Below, one piece after another: positions 20,910 through 30,537 of a stretch of DNA of 64,000 bases. The position numbers were made by a program, and so were the translations under genes. The notes under the pieces are model-generated. The model ran no database searches. It was not told the DNA's origin and worked only from the letters and a program-made list of their open reading frames with translations. This DNA comes from an uncultured Acidobacteriota bacterium (lineage in GTDB: Bacteria; Acidobacteriota; Vicinamibacteria; Fen-336), in NCBI GenBank assembly GCA_963847655.1, contig CAWKAS010000005.1, forward strand, positions 364,319 through 428,318. The letters are read 5' to 3'. Within the stretch, counting starts at the first letter, position 1. Each line of letters begins with the position of its first letter.

Positions 20910-21709
20910 TGCCCGGGACCCTGGCGATCACCCTGGCTCTCCTCGGAGTCCTGCCCCAGGTCGTCCCCGAGAGCTCGACGCGGGTCGCGACGCGACGCGT
21001 GCCGATCTCGTACAGCTTCTCCGGCCAGCAGGTCTTCCTCTACGGACAGCTGCCCCCCGGCAGCAACGGCGTCTTCGCGGTGATGGAGGGGCCGGCCTCG
21101 GGCGAGGCCCGCCTGATGAAGAAGGGCAAGGTCGTGTTCTTCTGGATGGGCGTGCGCCAGTACAAGCTTGCGCACGCACCGGGGCTGTACCTCGTGAACC
21201 TCCACTGCCCGCTCTGCAACGGCCAGGGCGAGTGCACCCACGCGACCGACCTGGAGAAGATCAACCAGAGCCTGGGCTCGGCCGCCGACCCCATCGGCCC
21301 CGGCGCCATCCTGGCGCGGACCTCCCTCGAGATCCTCAACGGGAACATCGAGGAAGGCGAGCACGCGGAGGTGGTCGAGGGCTTCTGGAAGCTCCAGGAG
21401 AGCCACGGGCTCTACGGGCTGCACGAGAACGCGATCCGGGTGACCGCGGACGGCACGCTCTACCACGTGTTCAACCTCCCGGCCGAGGCCCCCGAGGGGA
21501 AGTACCGCATCCTCACCCACTTTCTCCGCGACGACACGCTGGTGGCCGTCACCCGCAACGACCTGTTCGTTCGGCAGTCGGGCGTCATCGCGTGGCTGAG
21601 CCGCCTCGCGGAGAGACACGCGCTGACCTATGGCGGCTTCACGGTCGCCATCGCGCTCCTGGCCGGCTTCCTCGCCGGCAGCCTGTTCAAGGGAGGGGCG
21701 AAACATTGA
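20909..21709 (+). CDS. TIGR02186-type membrane-anchored protein (usual TauE partner)
   Basis: ISYSFSGQQVFLYG, KKGKVVFFW, LPAEAPEGKY, C-terminal TM; TGATG coupling. Confidence 0.75.
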   Translation: MPGTLAITLALLGVLPQVVPESSTRVATRRVPISYSFSGQQVFLYGQLPPGSNGVFAVMEGPASGEARLMKKGKVVFFWMGVRQYKLAHAPGLYLVNLHCPLCNGQGECTHATDLEKINQSLGSAADPIGPGAILARTSLEILNGNIEEGEHAEVVEGFWKLQESHGLYGLHENAIRVTADGTLYHVFNLPAEAPEGKYRILTHFLRDDTLVAVTRNDLFVRQSGVIAWLSRLAERHALTYGGFTVAIALLAGFLAGSLFKGGAKH

Positions 21710-21739
21710 TTGACGGACGTTCCTGACAAGGAGGACCCA

Positions 21740-23008
21740 ATGGCCAAGCTCGTTCCACCCCACGGCGGCGGGGAGCTCAAGCCGCTGCTGCTGGAAGGCC
21801 AGGCGCTGGCCGACGAGAAGAAGAAGGCGGAGACCCTGAAGAAGGTCCCCATGACCTCGCGCGAGACGTCGGACCTCATCATGATGGGGATCGGCGCCTT
21901 CACTCCGCTCGACGGGTTCATGGGCAAGAAGGACTGGCAGGGCGTCTGTGACGGCTTCCAGATGCCCACGATGGGCAACACGTTCTGGCCCATCCCCATC
22001 ACCCTGTCCGCGGAGCAGGCGCTGGCCGACTCGATCAAGGTCGGTGAGGAGGTCGCGCTCCAGGACACGGAGACCGGCACCCTCATGGGGACCATGAAGG
22101 TCACCGAGAAGTACACCATCGACAAGAAGCACGAGTGCGAGAAGGTCTTCGCCACCAGCGACGACAAGCATCCCGGCGTCCAGAAGGTGATGGCCCAGGG
22201 GCCGGTCAACCTCGCCGGACCGGTGAAGGTGCTCTCCGAGTCCTACTACCCCGAGATGTTCGCCTCCATCTACCAGCGGCCGGCGGAGGCCCGCAAGCTC
22301 TTCGAGGAGCGGGGCTGGAACACGGTGGCCGCGCTGCAGCTCCGGAACCCCATGCACGGCTCGCACGCCTACCTCGCCTGGGTCGCCATCGAGGTCTGCG
22401 ACGGCGTCTACATCCACCAGCTGGTGGGCAAGCTGAAGCCCGGCGACATCCCGGCCGAGGTGCGGGTCAAGGCCATCGACGCCCTGGTCAACAACTACTT
22501 CCGCAAGGAGCGGGTGATCCAGGGCGGCTACCCCATGGAGATGCGGTACGCGGGGCCGCGCGAGGCGCTGCTCCACGCCGTCTTCCGCCAGAACTACGGC
22601 TGCTCGCATCTGATCGTGGGCCGAGATCACGCCGGGGTCGGCGACTACTACGGCCCCTTCGACGCCCAGAAGATCTTCTCGGAGATTCCCCAGGGATCGC
22701 TCGTCCTGCAGCCCCTGGCCATGGACTGGACCTTCTACTGCTACGACTGCGGCACCATGGCCTCGATGAAGACCTGCCCCCACGAGAGCAAGGCCGAGAT
22801 CGACGACAACGGCGAGTACAAGGGCGGCTCGCGTCTGCTCCTGTCGGGGACCCTGCTGCGCAAGCTCATGAGCGAGGGCAAGCCGGTCCCCAAGGAGTTC
22901 TCCAAGCCCGAGGTGATCGCGGTGCTCAAGGAGTACTACGACAACCTCGAGGAGAAGGTGGAGGTCAAGCTACACGGCGCCGCCACCGGCGACGTCAAGA
23001 AGAAATAG
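21740..23008 (+). CDS. sat: sulfate adenylyltransferase (dissimilatory type)
   Basis: [51 protein letters not shown]. Confidence 0.96.
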   Translation: MAKLVPPHGGGELKPLLLEGQALADEKKKAETLKKVPMTSRETSDLIMMGIGAFTPLDGFMGKKDWQGVCDGFQMPTMGNTFWPIPITLSAEQALADSIKVGEEVALQDTETGTLMGTMKVTEKYTIDKKHECEKVFATSDDKHPGVQKVMAQGPVNLAGPVKVLSESYYPEMFASIYQRPAEARKLFEERGWNTVAALQLRNPMHGSHAYLAWVAIEVCDGVYIHQLVGKLKPGDIPAEVRVKAIDALVNNYFRKERVIQGGYPMEMRYAGPREALLHAVFRQNYGCSHLIVGRDHAGVGDYYGPFDAQKIFSEIPQGSLVLQPLAMDWTFYCYDCGTMASMKTCPHESKAEIDDNGEYKGGSRLLLSGTLLRKLMSEGKPVPKEFSKPEVIAVLKEYYDNLEEKVEVKLHGAATGDVKKK

Positions 23009-23010
23009 CC

Positions 23011-23062
23011 GTCGGCGGGGGGAATCGCCCCGGGATCGAGGCGGTTCCCCCCCCACGTCGAC
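23011..23062 (+). terminator. GC-rich stem-loop after sat
   Basis: GGGGGGAATCGCC / GGCGGTTCCCCCC arms plus flanking GTCGGCG / CGTCGAC. Confidence 0.5.
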
Positions 23063-23130
23063 CGGGCGGAACCTGGCGGCCGGCCGAAGCCCGGGCGGCG
23101 GCGCCCGGCGAACGGAGTAAGGAGAACGAC

Positions 23131-24006
23131 ATGGCTCTGCTCTTGTGGGTGTGGCTCGGCTGCACGGTCTTCGTGCTGGGCTGCGCCTATCGCGCGTATC
23201 GCTACGCCAGCGCACCGGCGCACCTGCGGTGGGACTTGTACCCCGTCGCCCACGAGCCGAACGACCACGGCGGCTCCTACCTGGAAGAGAAGAGCTGGTG
23301 GACGAAGCCACGCAAGAGCAGCATCCTGGGGGAGGTGGTGGTCATGGGCGAGGAGATCTTCCTCCTCGCCGGGGTGTGGAAGCACAACCGCCGGCTGTGG
23401 TGGGGGTCGTTTCCCTTCCACTGGGGCCTCTACCTGATGGTGGTCGTGACGCTCGGACTCGTGGTCGCCGGCCTGGGCTTCGGCGACACGGTGCTGCTCG
23501 CGGGCCTCGCCGCGCTCGGCGGCCTCGCCGGAGCCCTGGTGGCGATCGGATCGATCGCCCTCCTCGCCCTGCGCGCCGGCGACCCGAAGCTCAAGCCGTA
23601 CACCGCGCCTGTCGATCTCATCAACCTTGCACTCGTGGCAGTACTGGGTATCTTGAGCTTCATGGTCGCTCTGGGCGGAATGGAAGATACGGCGGCTGCG
23701 GTGGGCAAGCTCCTTCGAGTCCAGCCGGTCGACGTCTCGCCGCTGCTGGCGTCCCAGATGGCCGTCGCGACGCTGTTTCTCTTCTACCTCCCGGCCACGC
23801 GCATGATCCACTTCTTCTCGAAGTACTTCACCTACCACGAGGTCCGCTGGGACGATCGGCCGCGCGAGACGGGCAGCCGGCTCGATCGCCGGCTTCGCCA
23901 GGCGCTCGACTTCGGCGTACACTGGTCGGCGCCGCACGCGCGCACCGGGAAGACCTGGGCCGAGGTGGCCACTCACGTTCCGGAAGACGCGGCGGCGGGA
24001 GAGTGA
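23131..24006 (+). CDS. dsrM2: NarI/DsrM-like membrane cytochrome b (second dsrM copy)
   Basis: HLRWDLYPVAHE, FPFHWGLYL, TRMIHFFSKYF; AAGGAG RBS. Confidence 0.8.
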   Translation: MALLLWVWLGCTVFVLGCAYRAYRYASAPAHLRWDLYPVAHEPNDHGGSYLEEKSWWTKPRKSSILGEVVVMGEEIFLLAGVWKHNRRLWWGSFPFHWGLYLMVVVTLGLVVAGLGFGDTVLLAGLAALGGLAGALVAIGSIALLALRAGDPKLKPYTAPVDLINLALVAVLGILSFMVALGGMEDTAAAVGKLLRVQPVDVSPLLASQMAVATLFLFYLPATRMIHFFSKYFTYHEVRWDDRPRETGSRLDRRLRQALDFGVHWSAPHARTGKTWAEVATHVPEDAAAGE

Positions 24007-25685
24007 CCGTGGAACAGCAGAGAGCCTCCGAGCTCGGCCAGGAGGAGTTGCCCGGGGGGCCCTCGCCGGCCTCGCCGAGGACCGGAGCGCACCAGACGCC
24101 GGACGACATCATCCACCTGATGGAGAAGGACACCACGCTCGACGTCGACCAGCTGGTGCCCCTTCCCGCTCCCTACGAGGAGTGGAAGGACACCCCCATC
24201 CCCACCCTCAGCGACGAGCAGCGCGGCCGCTTCGAGGTCGGCCCGGACGGGGTGAGCGCGCTCCAGATCCCGAAGCCCGCCAGCGAGGAGGAGAAGGAAG
24301 AGCGGGTGGCCCAGTTCCTGGCCGGCCTGGCCAAGCTCCTCGATCGGGAGGACAACTGGACCTTTCTCCAGCCGCTCATGCTGTCGCTGGAGAACTGCGT
24401 CAAGTGCCAGACGTGCAACGACGCCTGTGGGATCTACACCGACTCGGGGCGGGCGGAGATGTACCGACCCACCTTCCGGGGGGAGATCCTCCGCAAGATC
24501 ATCGACCGGCACCTCAAGCCGGGTGGCGGCATCCTCCCGAAGCTCCGAGGACACGACATCAAGGTCGACTGGAACCTGCTGGTGAACCTGGCGGAGCTCT
24601 CGTACCGGTGCACGCTGTGCCGCCGCTGCGCCCAGGTGTGCCCCATCGGTGTCGACAACGGCCTCATCACCCGGGAGATTCGGAAGCTCTTCAGCCAGGA
24701 GCTCGGCATCGCGATGCCCGAGCTGCACACCCTGGGGACGGTCAAGCAGCTCAAGACGGGCTCGTCGACGGGGTTGAACCCGGCGGGCGTCGCCGACATC
24801 ATCGAGTTCGCCGAGGAGGACATCCAGGAGAAGACGGGCCTCGAGATCAAGATCCCCTTCAACAAGGAGGGGGCCGAGTACCTCGTGATGCACAACGCCG
24901 GGGAGTTCCTCTCCTGGCCCGAGAACCTCCAGGCCTTCGTCATCATCCTCGAGAAGGCCGGCATCAGCTGGACCATGGCCTCCGAGCCGGTGGGCTACGA
25001 CTCGGTGAACTACGGGCTCTTCTACGACGACATCCAGTACTCGCGGATCGTGCTCAAGCACTTCGGCGTCGCCAAGCACCTGGGCGTGGAGAAGATCCTC
25101 GAGGGCGAGTGTGGTCACGCCCACAAGGCGGCGATGCCCGTGGCCGACCGGCTCGTCCCCCGCGACATGTTCGTGCACACGGAGTCCTCGCTCGTGCTCC
25201 TCGAGGACATCGTGATGAACGACCGGGTCAAGCTCGATCCCTCCCGGAACGACTTCCCGGTCACTCTCCACGACCCCTGCAACATCACCCGCTCGATGGG
25301 CATCATCGAGCCCCAGCGCAACGTCCTGAAGAAGATCTGCCCGCAGTTCCGGGAGATGACCCCCCACGGCGTCGACAACTACTGCTGCGGCGGGGGCTCG
25401 GGCTTCGCGGTCGGAAACTCCGTGAACTTCCCGGACTGGCGCACGCGGGTGGCGGGACGGATGAAGTTCCGTCAGATCCTGAACGCCTTCTCCGACTCGA
25501 TCGGCCCGGAGACGAACAAATACGTGTGCGCCCCCTGCTCCAACTGCAAGGGACAGCTCCGGGACATCATCCGCTACTACGAGGGCTGGGACCGCTGCCG
25601 GATCATGTACGGCGGCCTGGTCGAGCTCGTGGTCAACGCCATGGTGGACGTCCCCGAGGGCTTCCTGGAGTGGGAGTTCCACTGA
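24003..25685 (+). CDS. dsrK2: DsrK-like Fe-S/CCG-domain protein (second dsrK copy)
   Basis: CVKCQTCNDAC, CTLCRRCAQVCP, GECGH, LHDPCN, CCGGG, CAPCSNC; start uncertain. Confidence 0.85.
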   Translation: MTVEQQRASELGQEELPGGPSPASPRTGAHQTPDDIIHLMEKDTTLDVDQLVPLPAPYEEWKDTPIPTLSDEQRGRFEVGPDGVSALQIPKPASEEEKEERVAQFLAGLAKLLDREDNWTFLQPLMLSLENCVKCQTCNDACGIYTDSGRAEMYRPTFRGEILRKIIDRHLKPGGGILPKLRGHDIKVDWNLLVNLAELSYRCTLCRRCAQVCPIGVDNGLITREIRKLFSQELGIAMPELHTLGTVKQLKTGSSTGLNPAGVADIIEFAEEDIQEKTGLEIKIPFNKEGAEYLVMHNAGEFLSWPENLQAFVIILEKAGISWTMASEPVGYDSVNYGLFYDDIQYSRIVLKHFGVAKHLGVEKILEGECGHAHKAAMPVADRLVPRDMFVHTESSLVLLEDIVMNDRVKLDPSRNDFPVTLHDPCNITRSMGIIEPQRNVLKKICPQFREMTPHGVDNYCCGGGSGFAVGNSVNFPDWRTRVAGRMKFRQILNAFSDSIGPETNKYVCAPCSNCKGQLRDIIRYYEGWDRCRIMYGGLVELVVNAMVDVPEGFLEWEFH

Positions 25686-25914
25686 GGACCGTTCCGAGCT
25701 GAGCCCCGCCTCGAGCTCCCTCGTCGTCGAGGAACCAACGGACGTCGCTGACCTCGGTGTAGAAGTAGGCCCCGGCCTCGACCCCCTGCGCCCGACTTCG
25801 GGCCATGACGTCGCCCGCCCACCAGCTGGCGCGGTCGAGGGCGACGACAGTGACGGCGATGGCGGCCAGGCCCAGGACGAAACACATCCATCGCCGGAGC
25901 GGGTCTCCCCTCAC
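25633..25914 (-). CDS. small single-TM hypothetical protein coupled to the YeiH gene
   Basis: GTGA overlap with YeiH stop; WMCFVLGLAAIAVTVVAL, GVEAGAYFYTEV; overlaps the dsrK2 3' end. Confidence 0.4.
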   Translation of the reverse strand: MRGDPLRRWMCFVLGLAAIAVTVVALDRASWWAGDVMARSRAQGVEAGAYFYTEVSDVRWFLDDEGARGGAQLGTVLSGTPTPGSPRGRPPWR

Positions 25915-27203
25915 TCGAATGCCTCGAAGAGGATCCCCCCGAACGCCAGCCACGACATCAGGAGCGTCAAGGCGAGGTTGAAGCTCTGCCCGACGATGTA
26001 GAGGATGATCGGCCTGCCGCCCACGAGCTGACTCGCCAGCTCCTTGAAGTTGGACTCGAGGCCGATCGCGACGAAGGCCAGGCAGAAGAACCACCCGCGG
26101 AGACCCTTGGACAAATCCAGGATCTCGGAGACGCGAGCGTCGCCGATGACCGGCATCAGCACGAAGCTGAACAGCAGCGACATCCCGGCGAAGCCCAGGA
26201 TGAACTTCGGGAAGCGGTACCAGATCTCCATCGCGCTCGGACGGAGGGCATCGGGGTCCCGGTCGACCCGGGTGATCCAGAACACCGCCACCACGAACGC
26301 CACCACGCCGATGAGCACGTTCTGGATCATCTTGACGACGGCGGCGACCTTCTCCGCGGTCTCGCCCAGGAAGGCGCCGGCGGCGACCACTGCCCCGGTG
26401 GAGTCGATCGTGCCGCCAAGCCAGGCGCCGGCCACCGCCGGTGACATCCCCACCATGCTGGCGAACGGGGGCATCCCGATCATCATGAGAACGGTGAAGA
26501 TCATGGTCATGCCCACCGCCAGGGTGAGCTCCGCCTTCCTCGCCCGGCAGGCCGCGGCGACCGCGATGGCCGCCGAGACGCCGCAAACCGAGGTGGCGGC
26601 GGCGATGATGATCGTAAGGGTCTTCGAGGGCAACTTGAGCCAGCGCGTACCGTAGAGCCACATGAAGACGATCACGATCGGAGTGACGACCCAGGCCACG
26701 AGCAGGCCGGGCAGGCCCAGCTGCAGGATCTCGGAGAAGAGGATCTCTGCGCCGAGGAGGACGAGCCCGGTCTTGATGAACATCTCGGACCTCGCCCCCT
26801 CGAGGACCCAGGCCGGGGTGCCCACGGTGTTGGCGACCAGCAGGCCGAGCCCCAGGGCCCAGATAGCGTAGCCGAACCCCCAGGCCTTGACCCCCGCCTG
26901 CTGGGCGAGGAGGTCGGAGAGCACCGCGAGGGCGAAGACCACGAGATAGCCGAGGAGGAACGGCTTCCACCGGCCCGTCATGACGGCCACGCCCACGGCC
27001 AGGAGCCCCCCGAGCCCGGTCCCCAGCAGGGCGATCTCCAGCGGCGCCGCGCCGGGGAAGGCGTCGAAGGGATTGGAGGTCCAACCCGCCATCTCCGGCA
27101 CCATCGTCAAGGCGCCGAGCGAAATCGCCAGCACGAGGACAACCGCGAACCAGATGGCCCAGTAGTCCTCCGCCTTCCAGAGCTTCTCGATCTCCTTGCC
27201 CAT
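25911..27203 (-). CDS. YeiH / putative sulfate exporter (PSE) family transporter
   Basis: KTGLVLLGA, SVCGVSAAIA, GAWLGGTIDSTGAVVAAG, VKMIQNVLIG, FPKFILGF. Confidence 0.9.
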   Translation of the reverse strand: MGKEIEKLWKAEDYWAIWFAVVLVLAISLGALTMVPEMAGWTSNPFDAFPGAAPLEIALLGTGLGGLLAVGVAVMTGRWKPFLLGYLVVFALAVLSDLLAQQAGVKAWGFGYAIWALGLGLLVANTVGTPAWVLEGARSEMFIKTGLVLLGAEILFSEILQLGLPGLLVAWVVTPIVIVFMWLYGTRWLKLPSKTLTIIIAAATSVCGVSAAIAVAAACRARKAELTLAVGMTMIFTVLMMIGMPPFASMVGMSPAVAGAWLGGTIDSTGAVVAAGAFLGETAEKVAAVVKMIQNVLIGVVAFVVAVFWITRVDRDPDALRPSAMEIWYRFPKFILGFAGMSLLFSFVLMPVIGDARVSEILDLSKGLRGWFFCLAFVAIGLESNFKELASQLVGGRPIILYIVGQSFNLALTLLMSWLAFGGILFEAFE

Positions 27204-27372
27204 GTGGCTCCGTCCTGTGGTCTTCGCTTCTCGTTCGAGAGGGCGTGTCGATTCGATTGCCGCGGCATCTTAGCATCTGCCCCGGCACGACTCTCTGGGC
27301 CAAACGAACCAGCGGTGTGCGACTCCTCGGACCGGGCCACGGCGCAGAGGTCGCGGCTCGGGCGATGTCGAC

Positions 27373-27388
27373 GTTACGGCACCGAAAC
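27373..27388. promoter_or_regulatory. putative upstream activator site (GTTWC-N6-GWAAC) for the dsr operon
   Basis: GTTAC-GGCACC-GAAAC; ~96 bp upstream of a sigma54 element. Confidence 0.5.
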
Positions 27389-27482
27389 GCTCCTCCGGCA
27401 ACGGAGTCGCTGCCGGCGGACGTGACCCCCTAAAACGCCCTGCTTGAGGGGTTTACTTGCGGCACGTGCTTGGCGGCAGCTT

Positions 27483-27498
27483 TGGCCCGAGGGTTGCT
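27483..27498 (+). promoter_or_regulatory. sigma54 promoter of dsr operon
   Basis: TGGCCCGAGGGTTGCT (TGGC-N7-TTGCT). Confidence 0.6.
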
Positions 27499-27544
27499 AT
27501 GAAAGGTGCCGAGGGCTGGGAATCGTCCGACCGCCCGGGGGCAA

Positions 27545-27874
27545 ATGCACCAAATGGGCCAGAGGCTCAAGGCACTGACGAAGACCGAAGCGCTGCCCGC
27601 GCACCGCGCGGACCGGGAAGCGATGGACGAGGCCTTCGAGCGCCCGGCCGAGGCGTTCGATCTCGCGGCCAGTCCGTCGGATCCCACCCCGAGCCACGCA
27701 CCGGTCCCCACACGACACCGTACACCAGCACGCACACGCACCGCCCGGTTCGCCGAGCTGGCGAGCTTCGGGCTCCGGCCCTCCTGGGCCTTCACCATCG
27801 ACGCGCTGATCCAGGCGCCCTTCCGATCCGGTCGCACCGGGATCGGGTCCTCGCACTGCCAGGCGCGGATCTAG
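27545..27874 (+). CDS. uncharacterised ORF at head of dsr operon
   Basis: 109 codons, mostly high GC3, stop 18 nt before dsrA; no family recognised. Confidence 0.35.
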   Translation: MHQMGQRLKALTKTEALPAHRADREAMDEAFERPAEAFDLAASPSDPTPSHAPVPTRHRTPARTRTARFAELASFGLRPSWAFTIDALIQAPFRSGRTGIGSSHCQARI

Positions 27875-27892
27875 CCGTCGAAAGGAGTATCA

Positions 27893-29089
27893 ATGACTAA
27901 GAAGAAGACCCCGGCCACACCGCTTCTCGACGAGCTCGAGAAGGGGCCGTGGCCCAGCTTCGTCAAGGAGATCAAGAAGGAAGCGGGCCGCCCCATGGTG
28001 CAGGACCTGCTCGGCGTCCTCGAGCGGTCCTACGAGGAGCACATCGGCCACTGGAAGCACGGCGGCCTGGTGGGCGTCCTGGGATACGGCGGGGGCGTGA
28101 TCGGCCGGTACTCGGACCTGCAGGAGGAGTTCCCGGAGGTCGCCGAGTTCCACACCTACCGCGTGAACCAGCCTTCCGCCTGGTTCTACACCTCGCAGGC
28201 GCTGCGTGACATCTGTGACATCTGGGACGAGCACGGCTCGGGCCTCACCAACATGCACGGCTCGACCGGGGACATCATCTTCCTCGGCTCCAAGACCGCG
28301 GCCCTCGAGCCGGTCTTCAAGAAGTTGACCGAGAAGGGCTGGGACCTGGGTGGCTCCGGCTCCGACATGCGCACCCCGAGCTGCTGCGTGGGCCCGGCCC
28401 GGTGCGAGTGGGCCTGCTACGACACCCTGAATGCCTGCTACGACATCACCCAGAACTACCAGGACGAGCTCCACCGCCCCGCGTTCCCCTACAAGTTCAA
28501 GTTCAAGTTCGCCGGCTGCCCGAACGACTGCGTGGCCTCGGTGGCGCGTTCCGACATGTCGATCATCGGCACGTGGAAGGACGACATCCAGGTCGACCAG
28601 GCGAAGGTGCAGGAGTACGCGAAGGCCGGCACCGACATCGAGAAGGAGGTCTGCGCGCTCTGTCCCTCGCAGTGCATCGCCTGGGACGGCAAGAAGCTCC
28701 ACATCGAGAACGGCGAGTGCGTGAAGTGCATGCACTGCATCAACGTGTTGCCGAAGGCCCTGAAGCCCGGGAAGGAGCGGGGCGCCACCATCCTCATCGG
28801 TGCCAAGGCCCCCATCATCGGCGGGGCGCTGCTCGCCGCGGTCTTCGTCCCCTTCCTCGAGATGGAGCCCCCCTACGAGGACCTGAAGGAGTTGGCGGAG
28901 GCCATCTGGGACTTCTGGGGCGAGCACGGCAAGAACCGCGAGCGCGTCGGGGAGTTCATCCAGCGGGTCGGCCTGGGGACATTCCTGGAGCAGATCGGGC
29001 TCGACCCGGTCCCCGAGATGATCAGCCACCCCCGGACCAACCCCTACATCTTCTTCAAGGACGAAGTCGTCGAGCAGGGCGCCAAGTAG
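27893..29089 (+). CDS. dsrA: dissimilatory sulfite reductase alpha subunit
   Basis: [63 protein letters not shown]. Confidence 0.98.
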   Translation: MTKKKTPATPLLDELEKGPWPSFVKEIKKEAGRPMVQDLLGVLERSYEEHIGHWKHGGLVGVLGYGGGVIGRYSDLQEEFPEVAEFHTYRVNQPSAWFYTSQALRDICDIWDEHGSGLTNMHGSTGDIIFLGSKTAALEPVFKKLTEKGWDLGGSGSDMRTPSCCVGPARCEWACYDTLNACYDITQNYQDELHRPAFPYKFKFKFAGCPNDCVASVARSDMSIIGTWKDDIQVDQAKVQEYAKAGTDIEKEVCALCPSQCIAWDGKKLHIENGECVKCMHCINVLPKALKPGKERGATILIGAKAPIIGGALLAAVFVPFLEMEPPYEDLKELAEAIWDFWGEHGKNRERVGEFIQRVGLGTFLEQIGLDPVPEMISHPRTNPYIFFKDEVVEQGAK

Positions 29090-29111
29090 CGCGGCCCGAG
29101 GAGGACTATTC

Positions 29112-30188
29112 ATGGCAACCCCCGAGCGAAAGACCGACATCGGGCCCCCCCACTACGAGAAGCACCTCCCGCCGATCGTCAAGAAGAACTACGGGAAGTG
29201 GGCCTACCACGAGATCCCCGAGCCTGGCGTGCTGCTGCACGTGGCGGAGTCCGGGGACAAGCTCTACTCGGTGCGGGCCGCCAGCCCGCGCCTTCTGGCG
29301 ATCGCCACGATCCGGCAGTTCGCCGACCTCGCCGACAAGTACTGCGACGGCTACCTGCGCTTCACGAGCCGCAACAACGTGGAGTTCCTGGTGACCGACG
29401 AGTCGAAGATCAAGCCGCTGAAGAAGGACCTGCAGGACCTGGGCTACCCCGTGGGCGGCACCGGCAACGCCATCTCCAACATCGTCCACACCCAGGGCTG
29501 GGTGCACTGCCACTCTTCGGCCACCGACGCCTCCGGTGTGGTCAAGTCCGTGATGGACGAGATCTATCCGCACTTCGTCAACATGGACATGCCGGCCAAG
29601 CTCCGCATCGCCTTCGCCTGCTGCCTCAACATGTGCGGCGCCGTCCACTGCTCCGACATCGCGATCCTCGGCGTCCACACCCGCGCTCCGAAGATCGACC
29701 ACAACGAGCTGCCGAAGGTCTGCGAGATCCCGACCCTGGTCTCCTCCTGCCCCACCGGCGCCATCCGGCCCGCGACCGTCAATGACAAGCCCTCGGTCGA
29801 GATCGAGGACGAGCAGTGCATGTACTGCGGCAACTGCTACACCGTCTGCCCCTCCGTCAAGATCAACAATCCGAAGACCGACGGCATCTCCATCTGGGTC
29901 GGGGGCAAGGTCTCCAACGCCCGCCACGAGCCGATGTTCTCCAAGCTCGCCGTCCCCTTCCTGCCCAACAACCCGCCGCGGTGGCCGGAGGTCGTGGACG
30001 CGGTCAAGAACCTCGTGGACGTCTACGCGAAGAACGCCCGCAAGCACGAGCGGATGGGCGAGTGGATCGAGCGCATCGGCTGGCCGCGCTTCTTCAAGAT
30101 CGCGGACATCCCCTTCACCCAGTACCACATCGACGACTTCACCCACGCCGGCGAGACCTACAAGCGGTCGGCGCAGCTCAAGCATTAG
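29112..30188 (+). CDS. dsrB: dissimilatory sulfite reductase beta subunit
   Basis: [44 protein letters not shown]. Confidence 0.98.
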   Translation: MATPERKTDIGPPHYEKHLPPIVKKNYGKWAYHEIPEPGVLLHVAESGDKLYSVRAASPRLLAIATIRQFADLADKYCDGYLRFTSRNNVEFLVTDESKIKPLKKDLQDLGYPVGGTGNAISNIVHTQGWVHCHSSATDASGVVKSVMDEIYPHFVNMDMPAKLRIAFACCLNMCGAVHCSDIAILGVHTRAPKIDHNELPKVCEIPTLVSSCPTGAIRPATVNDKPSVEIEDEQCMYCGNCYTVCPSVKINNPKTDGISIWVGGKVSNARHEPMFSKLAVPFLPNNPPRWPEVVDAVKNLVDVYAKNARKHERMGEWIERIGWPRFFKIADIPFTQYHIDDFTHAGETYKRSAQLKH

Positions 30189-30198
30189 GAGTAGACCC

Positions 30199-30435
30199 AT
30201 GACCGAGCCGTCGGTGGACGACGTGGCCAACGCCATGTTCGAGCTGGTGAAGTCGACCCATGGCAAGAAGAACCTCAAGGCCATGGACCTCACCAAGGCC
30301 ATGATCGAGCAGTACGGGGACGCCTGCGACAAGAAGACGTGCAAGCTGGCGATCCGGCAGCTGATCGACTCCGGCCGCTGCATCTACAGCTACGTCGGGG
30401 GAAGCTACGTCACGCTCCCCCCGGACCAGGCGTGA
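30199..30435 (+). CDS. dsrD: DsrD
   Basis: 78 aa directly after dsrB; KKNLK..DL, KLAIRQLIDSGRCIYSYVGGS winged-helix pattern. Confidence 0.85.
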   Translation: MTEPSVDDVANAMFELVKSTHGKKNLKAMDLTKAMIEQYGDACDKKTCKLAIRQLIDSGRCIYSYVGGSYVTLPPDQA

Positions 30436-30474
30436 GACAGAGGCCGCCCGAACGACGGCCAGAACGGTCGAGCC

Positions 30475-30507
30475 CGACGGGGGCCGGAGGCCCTCCCGCC
30501 CCCGTCG
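30475..30507 (+). terminator. stem-loop after dsrABD
   Basis: CGACGGGGGCcGGAG-GCC-CTCCcGCCCCCGTCG. Confidence 0.45.
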
Positions 30508-30537
30508 CTCGGCAGTGGACACACAACGGAGAGTGAA

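Noticed and set aside
27460-27475. Second GG-N10-GC element (CGGCACGTGCTTGGC)
   Set aside because: Poorer -12 match than the 27483 element; cannot be supported separately.
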